A DNA stretch of 64,000 nt from Paraphysomonas bandaiensis (Eukaryota; Protista; Chrysophyceae): positions 1 to 64,000 of the forward strand of contig CBFFRP010000180.1 of NCBI GenBank assembly GCA_965644295.1. Direction: 5' to 3'. Shown one piece after another: positions 1-13,588 of this stretch. The number at the start of each line of letters is the position of its first letter. Within the stretch, counting starts at the first letter, position 1. The position numbers and the translations under genes were made by a program. The notes below the pieces were generated by a model. It searched no databases, was not told where the DNA came from, and was given only the letters and a program-made list of their open reading frames with translations.

Positions 1-2446
1 TCGACTTCTTGTGAAACACTGGGTTTTCGGCCAAATCCTGGGCACTCTGACTGTCGATGAAGAATGGTGTGGGTTTGATGAGCCTCAACAATCTCACCCG
101 TCACCCCGAACCCATAGCACTTCTTGGAGACCCGAGTAAATACACTGATACCATCGAACTGCATGCTTGACGTTTGCCACTGTCGTCTGCAGTTTGGACT
201 GCCAGACTATAGGCCCTCCCGCTGCAAACCCAACGTACCCCGACGTGGACTTCCTGGTGAGCTGATCTCCGCCCAATCCGCGTCAGTAAACATATGGAAG
301 TCGAACCGTCTACTCCCATATTGAATCCCTTTGTCAATAGAACCACGAATATATTGCCATACATGTGTTAATAGCTTGCATACTTCAATATTCACCTTAT
401 TACTGAACCGAGACAGTACTCCCACTGCATAGGCAATATCCGGCCTCGTGTTCATCGATAGATATAGTAATGCACCTATCAGCGGCCGATATGGGAAGTT
501 ATCTACTATAAGCTGTTCCTCCTCGGTATGCTCATGCCGCGCCCCTTTGCCACTAAATCCATTGCTTCCGCCGGTAGAGGACTCTTCCGTACCTTTCGCG
601 GTGGCCCAAGATACTTTTCAAACTTTTCTAAGATCTTAGCCGCATATACTGATTGGTCAAGACGAATATACTCTGGCGTTCTTGTGACTCGAACATTCAG
701 AAAATGTTCCATCTCGCCCATATCCTTCATATCAAACCTGGCACACAGTTGAGCTTTAATATCCTTCACTATGTTGACATCACGACCTAACACTAGGATA
801 TCATCCACATATATCGTTAATAATATCAATTCATCGCCCTTATACTGATAATACAAACACGGGTCTAATACACATGGTTTAAAATGCATAGATCGTATGA
901 ATTTATCCAATGTTTTCCACCACGACCGCGGGGAACTCCGAAGCCCGTATAACGACTTCTTCAACTTAAAGCAGTACCCCTCAGGCAGCTGAAAGTCCGG
1001 AGTTGCCTTCATATATACATCCCCCTCTATATCTGCATATAGAAATGCGTTAGACACATCCAGTTGATGAATTACCATGTTCATCACGAAAGCTATGGCG
1101 ATTAACAGTCGCACTGTTACCCCCTTAACAACGGGTGCGAAATGGTTCGCCCAACCACTCGACTGCTGTCCACAACCGATTGCTACAAGACGAGCCTTAT
1201 ATCGGCGGACCTCTCCCTCCTTATCGTACTTCTTTCCATAGACGTACTTGGAGTGCAGTGGGACGACTCCGTCCGGTATACGAGTCACCTCCATGGTATC
1301 TCGCTTCGCCAAACCCTCTCGCTCTACACGGCGAGCTCGTCTCCACTCCCTGTGCTCGGCACTCTCCAAGGACTCACGATGTGTCTGAGGCACTGTCGAC
1401 TCTTCCGCTGACATCCACACTGAGTCTGCCTCCTGTAAAAGGTCACTCACATCACTCTCATCACTCAAATGATGGATTTGTCCTAACACCGACACATTCG
1501 TTACCGTCCTTGGAGTTCTTGCGCGTTTGCCGTGCGGATGATTCTCGGCAGGGGTCCCTTCCCCCGAAGGTAATGCTGAGTCAGCCTGGGGCTGCACCTG
1601 CCCACTTTCCGACTGCTGTGGCACCACTCCGCTGATACCGCCGTCACGGTTGTCAGTAACTCTGGCCCTAACCACCCTCTGCGCAAGATCCTCTGTCATC
1701 TTCTTGATGTCAGCAATATGAATAGGAGTTTTATCCTCCACTTGAACCTGGTTACCAGTAACCAACGACCGGTATCCCACAATAAGTCCCTTCCTTATCA
1801 CCACTCTGTTAGTCTTGTATAGCAGACCACCATCCTCATGGTGCTTTCCGATAAGATACTCAAACTCACCCGGTTGACGAGCCTCGGGATCTATAGCCAC
1901 TTGAGCCTCCTCCAGCTCTCTATAATAATCCTGAGACCTCTCAGGTACCGATTCATCAAATAATACATGTACAGAGTGTACTACGGTGTCCCCCACTAGC
2001 ACCTTGTATCCTTTTCGATCAGCTGGATACCCTATGAAATAACCTGTCATTGCTTTGTCCTCCCAGTCCTTCCTCCTGTCGGCCTTGGGTGTTAGCACAT
2101 ATGCTTTGCACCCCCATTTCCGTAGCCACGATAGGCTGGGAACGCTCCCCCTGGGACACACTCATATGGAGACATCCATCCTTGCCACGTCCGAGTTGGC
2201 ATTCGTCGCACAATGTAACATGCAGTTTGATAAGCATCAAACCAGAACGACTTTGGAAGTCCAGATGCCGTCAACATCGTCAGTGTCATCTCCCCAATTG
2301 TTCGGAATTTCCTCTCAGACACCGCGTTGAGCTCTGGCGTGTCTCGTGTTGTATGTGACACCCGAGTCCTATATCGCTGCAACAGATACTCTCTTATCTG
2401 CTGACTAATAAGTTCGGATCCTCCATCGGCATGATACTCCACTAAT
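1..2446 (-). pseudogene. copia integrase C-terminal part, reverse transcriptase and RNase H (frameshifted)
   Basis: ORFs 2092..2574, 506..2161, 207..455 and 94..276 carry consecutive parts of Pol in different frames. Confidence 0.9.
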
Positions 2447-2630
2447 AGTCGATGGTAGGTAAAAACCTGGTCAAGTACTTTGACCAGGTGATGTGTACTA
2501 TATATATAGGGTATATTTGAGAAAGTCTGGTATATACTAGCAAATAACACGATAATTGGACTAATTCTAAACATTTATTATATTATAATAAGATTATGTC
2601 ACTACGAAATCGTTACATCACTACTACTAC

Positions 2631-4144
2631 TTACTGATTGCCACTACCAAACATTGACTGTTTCAAAATAATATTTTCCCGCTGCAAGTAGGCATTCTGA
2701 TCTGCCATGCGCAATGCATCTGCAAATTTTACATTTTCAACATATCTAATCGCATTCATCGCATGAAGAGAAATTGGCGGTTGAGTCATTTCGTAACTGT
2801 GACCTACAGCAGAGGGTGTCCGCTGATGAACTTCAGTAGTCTGCGTAGACAAAGAGTTATCACCCACAACAGCAGCAGGGGCAGAAGCTTTCGTTGGCTG
2901 AGTCTTACTCATCAGCAACTGCTCCAATTCAGCAGTTCGCCGTTTCTGGGCCTCCAATTCTTCTTGAATATCTGGTTTCTTTGGAAGAGTGTTTCTTGCT
3001 TGATGTTGACGCTTTGGCTCTGCTGGCTTGACAATGATAACAGGATCATCTTCGCCACGATCTCTCTCATCATTTTCCGTTGCAGCAACTGCACTAACAG
3101 CCTTCTTCTGTATTACACAAGATATTTTATGGTCAGTTATAACAAAATTAATTCAGTTGTATATACGTACCGCAACAGCACGCTGACTTGGTTTGTTTGC
3201 TTTTTTCTCGGTTTCTTGCCAGTGCCAGAACTGAAATTTTCATCCGCAAATCGAACAGAGGCCTTTCGCTTTCTAAGCCTCTTCTTGCTGCTGAGATCAA
3301 ATGCTGCTTTCAACCCTTCTTCTACAGGATCCCAGCCATCAAGAATCCAGTTTCCCGTCTCATCCTTGTTCGGAACATCTCCTTGTGGGTCCCATGCAAG
3401 TTTGTTCTTTGGGTCGCGGAGATAGGTTTCCAAAATTGACTTCGCCCAGTCATGGTCGAGAGATACTTCGGGAAGGAAAGTGTACTGCTTCATTTTTGAT
3501 AAACCTGTAAGCAGAAAAATTTTTCCACTTTCAGTGGGATCATACAGAACACTGTCACAGCGCCATTTGTTACATTTGGTCCGAAGATAACAGAGAACAA
3601 CGTATTGTTTTCCATCAGAGTTTTTACTCACCCAACAGCGAGAATAGTTAACATATGAACCGTCTTTGCCAAGTACAGCTGAAAGTACATAGTAATTGAA
3701 CAATAAAGGGATCATCGATAGCATTTCCAAATCCAAGAAACACTTTACAGAAGAACCACCATCTGAAATGAACTTCTTGCGGCAGTATGTTTGGTTGTAA
3801 CCACCAATGTTAACTGTGAAGGAGTCCTCATTGCAATTAAACTGGTGCAGGATGCTTCCCATCTCATTACCCTCTTCGTCTTTGTTGCCTCTCTCTGGTG
3901 ACAAAATACTGGAACCACTTTCTTGTGGCACAGCACTCTCATCAACAAGCAGTTCAGAATTATCATCAACTTCGGATTCACCAAGTGCAGCAAGCATATC
4001 TAATCTAGACTTCCTGCAACAACTAACACATTGCGACTTCAAAATGGAAACCCCTTTTTCATTTGAATTAAACGTTGCTTTACACATTGCACATGCAATA
4101 AGTTGTATTCGTTCGTCGGAGTTATCGTCATCAGAATCAATTAA
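2631..4144 (-). CDS. TIR-element cargo gene, unknown protein (spliced, apparently 5'-truncated; CxxC...CxxC near the N-terminus)
   Basis: 316-aa ORF 3137..4087, open upstream to 4144. A GTACGT...TACAG intron at ~3109-3170 links it to the 2631-3108 exon, probably with a frameshift. Confidence 0.5.
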
Positions 4145-4184
4145 TTAAAGTCGGAAATTAAAGTGTGGGACTACCATTCCTCCA

Positions 4185-4856
4185 ATGAGAGTTGTGGAAT
4201 CTACTTCATCTGTAAGACATTCTGGTAATAAGAAAGGTCAGCCCGCAAGACGTATTGTAGAAGATGTGGACGGAAATGATGTGTCTGATGCTGGACTAAC
4301 TGCCAAAGCTCAACCTGATGGTCCTCCTAGAAAAAAATCTGTGAGGAAGTCAAAGAATACTACCAGTAGGAAGAAAACCGTTCCAAAGAAATCGCTCTCT
4401 ACTACACCACTTCTTGCTGATGATTGCAATGACAGTTCCGACGAATGTGGAGACGATTTGACTGACTTGACTGAATATTTGGAGGATGGTGGTGGAGTAA
4501 ATTTCAGTGAACTTCGTTTTGAAGTGGGCCAGAAAGTGAGAACCACTCATGGGCTAGTTGCCACTGTGCAATCAGTAAATAGGAACGGCACTTACGACAT
4601 CAAGTACATTCAGGCATTGCATGGAACAGACGAAGGAGTGAAACAACGATTTCTGAAGCCATGCAAAGGTACGTCGCATGTTATAGTTATTAGTGTTAAT
4701 TAACTTTTTTGTAATCTAGAAACTGTCAGAACAACTTCAAAGAATACACGACGACCTACTTATGAAATGGTTATTGTCAGTGAGAGTGAGAAATGGAAAG
4801 ATACAGGGGCATTAGATGGTAGTAATGTGATCGTTGGGAAAAGAAAGCGAAGGTAG
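4185..4856 (+). CDS. TIR-element cargo gene: basic/acidic protein with a Tudor-like domain
   Basis: FEVGQKV...ATVQSVNRNGTYDIKY is Tudor/Agenet-like. A GT-AG intron at 4669-4719 gives an in-frame exon ending LDGSNVIVGKRKRR*. Confidence 0.55.
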
Positions 4857-4990
4857 TGATAATTGTTTATATATTATGAAATGGTTATTGTCAGTGAGAG
4901 TGAGAAATTGAGAGATACAGGAACATTATATATGGTATTTTAATGTTGTTATCAGTGGGAAAAGAAATCGAAGGTAGTGATAATTGTTAT
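4760..4990 (+). repeat. ~115-bp imperfect direct duplication
   Basis: TATGAAATGGTTATTGTCAGTGAGAGTGAGAAAT...GAAGGTAGTGATAATTGTT occurs twice in tandem. Confidence 0.85.
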
Positions 4991-5269
4991 ATTATGTTAT
5001 ATATATATTATTATGTAATTTGTTTTTATAAAAAGCAATAATGATTATTGATTATAAGTAGTTACGTAACTACACTTATAGTACTCAGAAATACGGCCAG
5101 AATAAAATATCCTTTTAAAATATAATGCAACACAGTAACACAAAGCGATTCCAAGACGATATGCACTCATCACAACACGTTCTCCATGTTCGTTTTACAT
5201 ATTCGTACACAAAAGTAGTAGTTTGACCAGATTCTAGTACTTAGACCAGGTTTTTACTTACCATCGACT

Positions 5270-7199
5270 TTATACGGTTCCACCCCTCGTACTTCACTAA
5301 GTGGACCTCGCACAAGTGTCGTAGACATTTGAACACCTCCTCTCCGCTTCGAGTCCTCAATCCATATTCCCATATCATCTTTGTTGCTAAGTCCGTAAAT
5401 AGGAGCACGTACTTATACCCTTGTCTGGATTCACAATTGAGGTAGACTGAGATGTCCGCTGTCACTCGTTCCAGAAACCTGACTGCGCTTAGCTCTTCGT
5501 TGTCCCGTGATTTGAACGAATGCCTGGTTATCTTCGCCTTGGCACACCATTTACACAGGGGTTTCTTGCAACTCTTCTCCTTTGCCTTCGAAAGGTGATG
5601 TCGTTGTAGTCCTGATCCTCTGAATAACATGTGTCGGTGAGCTTCTAATAACTTCGATTTCGAGACATGTCCAGTACGCTCATGTAAGCGATCCAACGCA
5701 TCTTGTCCTGTATTATCCGACAAATTTACCTCCTCCATCTGATTGCACATAGACACATTTGGCAGATTTAACACCTCCATCAAGTCCACATACGGCATTC
5801 CTCCATGCTCATCGTACTCTCCAGTCAACACCTCGTTTCCAGAGTCCAATTCCACGATTTTAGGCTTTCGAAGCAGTTGTAATCCGTATCCCATTGATCT
5901 CAGCATTCCTCCTGACACAATGTTCTTCACCGCTTCTTCACTAACTCTGATGTCTCTCCATTCCCCGAATGTACCAGCCCCCTGTGTCTCCAATTGAGAA
6001 CCCTTTCTAGTTAGTTGGATTGCCCCAAACTCAGGAGTAAATGACTCCAGTGCAATTTTATCCTTTACTATAAACAGTCTTTTACTTGCACAACTGTCCA
6101 GATATACACGAGGTTCTTCCGACGTATCCACCGATAGCAAAACCTCTTCTCCAAACATATTCGCTTCATCATCCGACGACTCTCCGTCGTTGACGTATTT
6201 CTTCCATTCTGTCTCGAATTTCCTGTTCGATTTTCGAGGATTCTCATTATCCGGGTTTTTTATGTTCTTCCGTTTTTTCGACTTGCACTGTCGGGCTTTA
6301 TGACTAAAATCTCCACAGATATGACAACCAGTATAATCCTTTGATCCTGGCTGCTGCACACTCTTCGAAGCCTTTTCCTTTGTCTTCCCTTTTCTTTTGA
6401 ACTTATCCATTTTTCTTTGTCGTTCCTTAGCATAACAATTCGCTGCTACATGTCCCTCCTTCTTCTTCCGACAAAATGAACAAACCACTGGCTCCTTCGA
6501 CGCCGTAAAATTGATCTCTTCAGATTTGTCTCCCTTTAGTTTCTTCAGCTGCGTCATAGCCTCGTCATACTCTTCACAAGCCTCTTTCACCGAATCAAAT
6601 GTAGTTGTTGCTTTAGGCATCATCGCTACCGACATCCATAAATCATGTAATTCCTCTATCTGCAGCGCTGCTTTTATCTTTGCTAATTTACTTGCCTCTG
6701 TCTGCGGTTGTCCCAACTTTATGAGCTTCTGGATTATACCGTTCAGTCGATCTACCCCAACAGACACCTTTTCCCCCGGCCTTATTTTGAACGAATGGTA
6801 TTCTGCCGTAGTCTTCTCCAATACAGTCCCAATCTCGCCTCTGAACCTATCAACCAGTGTCTGAAGGAGCTCACTGGATAACACCTCCTTAGCAGGATCA
6901 TCAGCAGGTAAAATTGCCTTCCCCTCCAAATATTGATTGGCTACCTCCAACACATCAGGGTCATGCTCGCAAGCCTCCCAAATAGTACTAACACAGGTAT
7001 CATTACGCTCTCTCCATGACTCTAAATTCCTTCCTCCGGCTGGCGGGTCCTCCAAGCCAAGATGGTTTCGGTTTTTCTTCATTAGATGCATCTTGATTTT
7101 TCTCGCTGAATAGTCTGCTTGGTTCTTGTCAAACCGTAGCTTCTTGTCATCTTCCCCATCCCTACAACTAGCATTCGCTACCATAACAGAAGTTGACAT
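5270..7199 (-). CDS. copia gag-protease-integrase N-terminal part of the polyprotein
   Basis: ORF 5241..7199 carries two Zn knuckles, a DSCAS protease motif, HHCC and the first integrase Asp. The last residues (KSMVSKNLV) are read from the inserted TIR. Confidence 0.93.
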
Positions 7200-8055
7200 T
7201 ATTTGCTAAGGTTTACTATTCTCAACTGATAAGATGAAATTATAAACATTACATGATAAAGAACCTAAGTTGTGTTCGATGTGTTCAACACCATTCATTT
7301 ACTACTATAGTGTACAAACCACACACTCAGTGATCGTATCCTGTATAGTCATCCACTTCTACTTCAGTTTCATACTACATAATATAATGTACTAATTACA
7401 TATATATCTTTCGATCCTTGCATCTCACATAATACTGCACTCAATTGCAAGTATATAGAATCTTCAGATCTCAACACACAGTAGTTTCCTGAAGAAATCT
7501 CTACGGTACTTATCCCCCAGAACATCACGAAAAGGTGCGAGTCCGACTTTGTTGAGGACACTCTTATTACTTTCGAATATTCCTAAAACTCTGCTAGATC
7601 CTAAAATCTCTCATACTACTACACACACTACGTCATCCTTAACTTCTACCATATTAACTTCCAAATCACACATATTCGTCATGCCCAATTTAGAAGGTTT
7701 TAGGTGTTGATTGCGTCTACACCGTGATAGCTGTTTATTTGTATCCCCAAGATGTAATAAATGCTCTCCATAATATATATCACAAAGTCATGTTCTAGGT
7801 AAGATATAATGTGCTACATACTCCCCAAGAGTTAAAATATCATTGCCAAGTTCCAGACATCCATCTGCATCACAAAAATACTTATTTCGGACATTTAAAC
7901 TAATCTATACTCCCAAATTACTTGATGATTAGCGCCGGGACAGAGTTTACCATCCGCAGGACGCAGCGATCATGTAGCTACATCAAACTACTCCACAAAC
8001 TTTACAGCATTACTTCCACCAACATGACTACATAATTAGAACGGACAGGTCAATA

Positions 8056-11000
8056 TTATTGTTTCTTTTTCGATCGAGCGGCAACTTTATTTGGCGGGGC
8101 GCTGGTTGCTCTATTAGCAGAGAGAGATTTTTTCGACCCGCTGGTTCCAAGCACACTCCGCTCAGTGAGACTCCCGCCATGTGATACACCCTTGTGGACC
8201 TTGGAAGCGGATGAAGGATTCGATTTCTTATCAGCAGCAGCAGAAGACGTCGGTGCTGATAGGGCACTAGCAGGCTTTGACAATGGCCGGTTAGATTGAG
8301 ACACTTTTTGAGGTGAGTACGGTAATTGAGATCCTTTTCCCATTTCCACCTCCTCTCTTATGCGGTCTGCATAAGAGTCACGGGACCCACCTGAAGCATT
8401 CGATCGGTTCGATACGCCACCTGCTTGTACCAATTATAGCAGTATATGCGATAGTCGTCGACGACTCTTTTTAGTTGACATTGTAGCAGTGTGTAGACTC
8501 ATATGATAAAACATATGCCATCGGTGTACACTCTCATAAACCTCTAATACCTGTTTCATCTCGTGGTGTCTCATCGTCTCTGCTACTCTTCAATGTGTCG
8601 CGCCCTCCGCTTTTCTCCATATCTAATCGAGGCACCGATGAAGGTTTCTTACTCGCTACAGAACTTGCAGGAGGACTCGCAGGTTGCAAGTTTGGACCAA
8701 AATCCATTTCGATATCAGGAGGTCGAGAAAAGGCTCTCAGTGGGGACTCAGGACCTACATGAAACAGTAACTACATATCAGACTAGCTGATAACGAATTA
8801 CCTCCTTCACGCCTGGTTCTTGTCGGAGAAAATACTTCCCGTTCGTGTACACTCTGGGCAGATTGGGCATAAGCTGAATCATACTCCGCGTTAATAACTC
8901 CTGGGTGAAGAGGTTTGTCACTTTGGCTACGGAGCGATCTCGCCGGGCTATCCCCCCCATATACACTCCCCATTGAGGATGCTGGAACGAATGTGCGCCT
9001 GTCCTGGGAGCCACTTCGAGCCGAGTCGAGATCTGTTAAAGAGGTTGGTGCAGACTGCCCACGCGAGGCCTTGGGAGTAGATCCCGACCGACGACTATCG
9101 ATAGCGCGCTGTACGCGTAGCATTGACGCGCTTACTTCATCATCTGCTTCCCCTTGTGTTCCAGATCCAGGAGATGGACTAGAACTATATGACGACTTCA
9201 AGTGGTGTGCAGAAAGGGCTCGTGCAGATGGTTCTTGTGGTTTCGCAGGACTTCGTGAAGTGGCTGAAGTAGATCTTAGAGACGGTGGTTTACTGGCAGC
9301 TCCCAGTCGAGTGTGGGGATGGGGGTCTGGGGGTGGTGCAGTAATATGTGGTGGTGCGTAGCTATCATCCTCGAAAATTCCATTGCTATCATTGTTATGC
9401 GTTCTCGGAGAATTAATCATAGGAGAAGACTCTGCATACAACATTACACCAAATTACGGTGACAGTAACCGGGTTCAAAGTACCTCTATTACTTCTACCA
9501 TAGACATCACGTTGTTGCTGGTATTGCTGCTGTTGTTGAAGTGCCTCGTACGAGATAAACCCCGCAGTGCCACCCCTCGAGTTGGTCCCAAAGCCATATC
9601 CCACACCATCCCCTACGGGTGTACCTGCGCTTCCCATCTGAGTGAGTCTCGTCACCGCTTCACTTAACACTTCATTGCGCCTCGTCACCCGTTGTATCTC
9701 TTCATCTTTCGCTGCGATTTGCACTGATAATTTTCGATCACTTTCTTTTAATTGCTTCTTGAGCATGGCAACTTCATTGCGAAGAGAATCAGATGACCCT
9801 TCCAAGGCTCTGAGCTTCTCCTCTGTTCGTTTCTGGGAAATTTGACTCTTATCTCGAGCTTCCTTCTCTATCTCCAGGTCCTTCTGGAGTGATGATACTT
9901 GCTGAGTAAGAGAAGCTACCTTCTCCGAACTATTTGCTAACTGGTCTTTACTTTCTGCGAGTAGACCTTCCAATCGTTGCCTCTCTTTGATTCGCTCCCG
10001 CTCAGAGTGCGCCAATCGTTCTTCCGTTTCGCTCGATCCGGATTCAACTAGTTCCCTTAAGACCTCTAGCTCCTCGGTCAGAGAAAGATTTTTTGCGCTC
10101 TCCTCCCTGAGCTCTCTCTGAAGGCTCTCCATAGCACTACCTGAACCACAGCAAGCAACATGAACCATATAGACAGTATTGCAGTTGAGGCATAAGTTTA
10201 GACGCTCCTCTCACCTAGAGTAGACACCCGGCCTCTTGCATCATTCACTTCACGGTGTCTGGCTGCCTGAACTTCCTCCAGCTGTCTCTGAAAGGTTTCT
10301 CTCGCTCTAGCGAGGTTCTTTTCCAAATTCGCATCACTCTGTTTCCGAGCATGTGCAATGTTAGCCTCAAACTCCTCAATACGAGACTTGTGTCCTGCTG
10401 TCAGATCAGAAATCGCTCGTTCATGAGATACTTTAAGGTCCTCTACTTCAGCTTTGTGCTTATCCAAAGCTACTTTGCTGTCATACCTACAAAGACAAGT
10501 ACGTACACATATTACATCGAAACGAATATGCTACAGTGGTGCCGACCTCAACTCTTCCATCTCCGCTTCACAAGCATCAAGCTTGGCATTGCTTTCCTCC
10601 ATCTGATCTTCCAGTTCTTGAACTCTTTTGCTAGCTACAGAGTGCTTGCCTTTAAGTTCATCTAGCTCGTTTTCGACAGACTGTAGGCGCTTCGTTGTAT
10701 CTTCTAAGCGAGCTCTTAGAGAGCTCGCTTCGTCAACAGCTGCATTGAGATCGCTCGTCAGTTTCGAGTTTTTTTGACTTGACTCAATAATACGATTGGC
10801 ATTTTCTTTCTGTTGAGCTCGACTGGCTTCCATCGCCTGCTCTTTCAACTGAACTTCCTCATTTAATTGTCGCTCTAAGTTTACTGTTTTGTCCTCCCAG
10901 GACTGAGACTGATTCTGGAGTTGTCGAATCTCGGCCTCTTTTTCCCTTATCGTATTTTCTAAACCTTTAATAGATTTGTTCAAGGTATCTTTTTCGTCAC

Positions 11001-12724
11001 TGGCTTCATCAAGCCTTTGCTTCTGAGCGTCAACGGTCTGCTGAAGTTCTTTATTTAATTGTGCCTTATTAGAAATCTGCCAACAGCAATGCAAAGATTA
11101 TATCAAGAATACACATATCAGTCGCACAAACAATGACATAAGGACACGCACTGTAGCAGGGGATAGATACAGGCATGCCATCACATAAGTAATGTTACTA
11201 TTCACTGTACACTAAACTACCTCTATCAGCAAGTCTTGCTTCTCACTCTCGATACGATCCACTCTTTTGATCACCTTACGTGCATCCGCTGCCATACTTT
11301 CAATCTTCCCTCGCAGAGATGAAATCTCATTCTGATACTCCTCATTTTGCTTCTTGGTTTCCTCTAGCATCGCTACATGCCCTGTGTTGGCTTCTTCGCT
11401 GTTCTTGAGACTTTCACGTAACAAACAAATTTCTTCATTGCAAGACTCGGCATGGACAGCCGCGGCTTCTTCACTCTTGCGATGTTCCTCTTTAAGAGCC
11501 ATCATCTCAGAGTGAATTTTACCAAGATGAGCATTAAGCTCTTGATTGGTGGCTATTTGCTGTTTCAATTTAGTGTCTTTTTTACTCAAACTTGCTTGCA
11601 AACTCTCTCTCTCTGATATGAGGGCATCAATACGAGTTTTACTTTCATAGGACACTGCATTCAAATTCGCAGTGGTGTCAGCGAGTTTTTGCTCAACTTT
11701 TATGAAATCCTTATCGTACGACTCCTTCTCCTGTCTTAAGGTCTCTAGTTCCTCCATATGTTCCTCGTGTACTCTCTTTAATTTGTTCAGAGCCGTTGTA
11801 GACGTCTTGGCCTGCTTCTGACTATCGTCCAACTCTCTCTGCAGGGCGGAGAGCTCACCGTGTAACGATGCCATCGCACTATGTAGCTCCGTCATCTCAG
11901 CATTCATACTCTCAATACGAGATTCATATTGTCCACTGTCAATACGCAAACGGGAACATTCGTCTTCAAGACTACAGAACGCGAAAAAGAGTTACTACAG
12001 GATAGCCCAATATCGCACAATCTTCCACCCACAGTACGTAATAATTCCATCATATAAACACACGACAAAGCGCCAGATAAAAGTAAACACAAAAAGTGAG
12101 TACATATAATCCAGCTAACTAACCGTCTAAGAGCAATATTCTTCTGCTTGAGCTCGTTTTCGTATGTCTGAACCTGTGATTGCTGGTCCTGATACCTATC
12201 TCTATAAAATGAAAGAATTACGGCATGCCTCACAACTTGTTTGCACAATTTAGACAGCATAGCTAAAAAAAAGTAAAATACACTTCATACTTGTGCTGCT
12301 TTTCTCTGTGCTCCAGCTGTAGATGGAGTTTCTTGAGCTCTTCAACGTGCTTCTTCTGTATGCTCGTGTTTTTTTCCTCCAGATCTCTGAGCAAGCCTTG
12401 AAGGCGGGAGTTCTCTTGTCTGCTCTCCCGGCACTATCAGCAAAACACAATATAAGATATTCCGCTGGCATAAACCGACACAAGACTGACCTCCTGCTCA
12501 ATCCGCCTCAAGTCATCTGTTATGCTCTGTATCTTCTCGCTCTGATCGTCATTCGTCTTCTCCGCAAGAGCAAGCATGAACCTTCACACTGTTAACACCA
12601 CGCAGCACAATGCTTACATCACTCACTTTCCCAAGACATCCTTCTTCTCCTTCTCCATGGCCTGTATGCTCTGTAGTCTCGCAGCGATGCCCTCAAGCTC
12701 ATTGTCCGACCCTGGAGACTGCAT
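8056..12724 (-). CDS. Multi-exon long coiled-coil protein with a Ser/Pro-rich disordered C-terminus
   Basis: E/K/Q-rich heptad ORFs (11212..11949, 10531..11094, 10198..10467, 9413..10168) and low-complexity exons separated by short GT-AG introns. Probable start MQSPGSDNELEG at 12724. Confidence 0.8.
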
Positions 12725-12860
12725 GTCACCCCCCTCTACCTCAACACCTCACTCACTGCGAAATGTCTCAGCACCAGGATGAACACCTGCTACAAAATAT
12801 AAACACCTGCTGATGCGATGAGGTTTGGATGAGTCGATATTTAAATCAGTTAGTTATGAC

Positions 12861-13312
12861 TATGTACGAATGTACGTATGTATGTATGTATGTATGTATG
12901 TATGTATGTATGTATGTATGTATGTATGTATGTATGTATGTATGTATGTATGTATGTATGTATGCATGTATGTATGTATGTATGTATGTACGAATGTACG
13001 TATGTATGTATGTATGTATGTATGTATGTATGTATGTATGTATGTATGTATGTATGTATGTATGTATGTATGTATGTATGTATGTATGTATGTATGTATG
13101 TATGTATGTATGTATGTATGTATGTATGCATGTATGTATGTATGTATGTATGTACGAATGTACGTATGTATGTATGTATGTATGTATGTATGTATGTATG
13201 TATGTATGTATGTATGTATGTATGTATGTATGTATGTATGTATGTATGTATGTATGTATGTATGTATGTACTGTATGTATGTATGTATGTATGTATGTAT
13301 GTACTGTATGTA
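12861..13312. repeat. (TATG)n microsatellite, ~450 bp
   Basis: Directly visible, with recurrent variant units TACGAATGTACG, TATGCA and TACTG. Confidence 0.99.
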
Positions 13313-13588
13313 TCACTCACCCAAACGACAAAAACTAGCTACACAGAAATGACAACTGCAGAGGCTGGAAACCCGGGTTCTGCAAGAAAATACTGGCTAT
13401 TTCGTTCAAATCTAGAATTTTAGTCTTGAAAACTACAATTCCGGAATTCCTACTCATGCAGAGGTACAGCACATGAAATCCTATATATAGAGTGTATATT
13501 TAAAATGAAGCCATGTTCTGGTGATGATGAGGCACGAGGACATATCATGATAGAGTATACTGCTGTATATATACTGTATATTACACAC

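Larger units (their letters stand above)
2447..5269. mobile_element. Non-autonomous TIR DNA element (~2.8 kb) nested in the copia integrase
   Basis: AGTCGATGGTAGGTAAAAACCTGGTC at 2447 versus its reverse complement ending at 5269 (25/26 identical). Removing the insert rejoins integrase ...GWNRI|LVEYHADGG. No transposase recognised inside; TSD not cleanly resolved. Confidence 0.88.
1..7549 (-). mobile_element. Ty1/copia LTR retrotransposon, internal region; 3' end outside the window; interrupted by a TIR element at 2447-5269
   Basis: Copia domain order on the minus strand: gag Zn knuckles (CSFC..H..C, CHICGDFSHKARQC), protease YLDSCAS, HHCC (LHERTGH..CKWC), integrase (VTADI/YHADGG/SERKFRT, RKGY), RT (YKARLVA, HQLDV, LYGL, YVDD), RNase H (TDADW, RKSTSGY). 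Several frameshifts near 2150 and in 1-520. Confidence 0.95.

Noticed and set aside
1-2161. Programmed frameshifting in copia pol
   Set aside because: Multiple scattered single-base shifts, some in homopolymers, are better explained by decay or sequencing error.
12825-13423. Five long ORFs (MYVC / TYIH repeats)
   Set aside because: Artefacts of a stop-free (TATG)n microsatellite.
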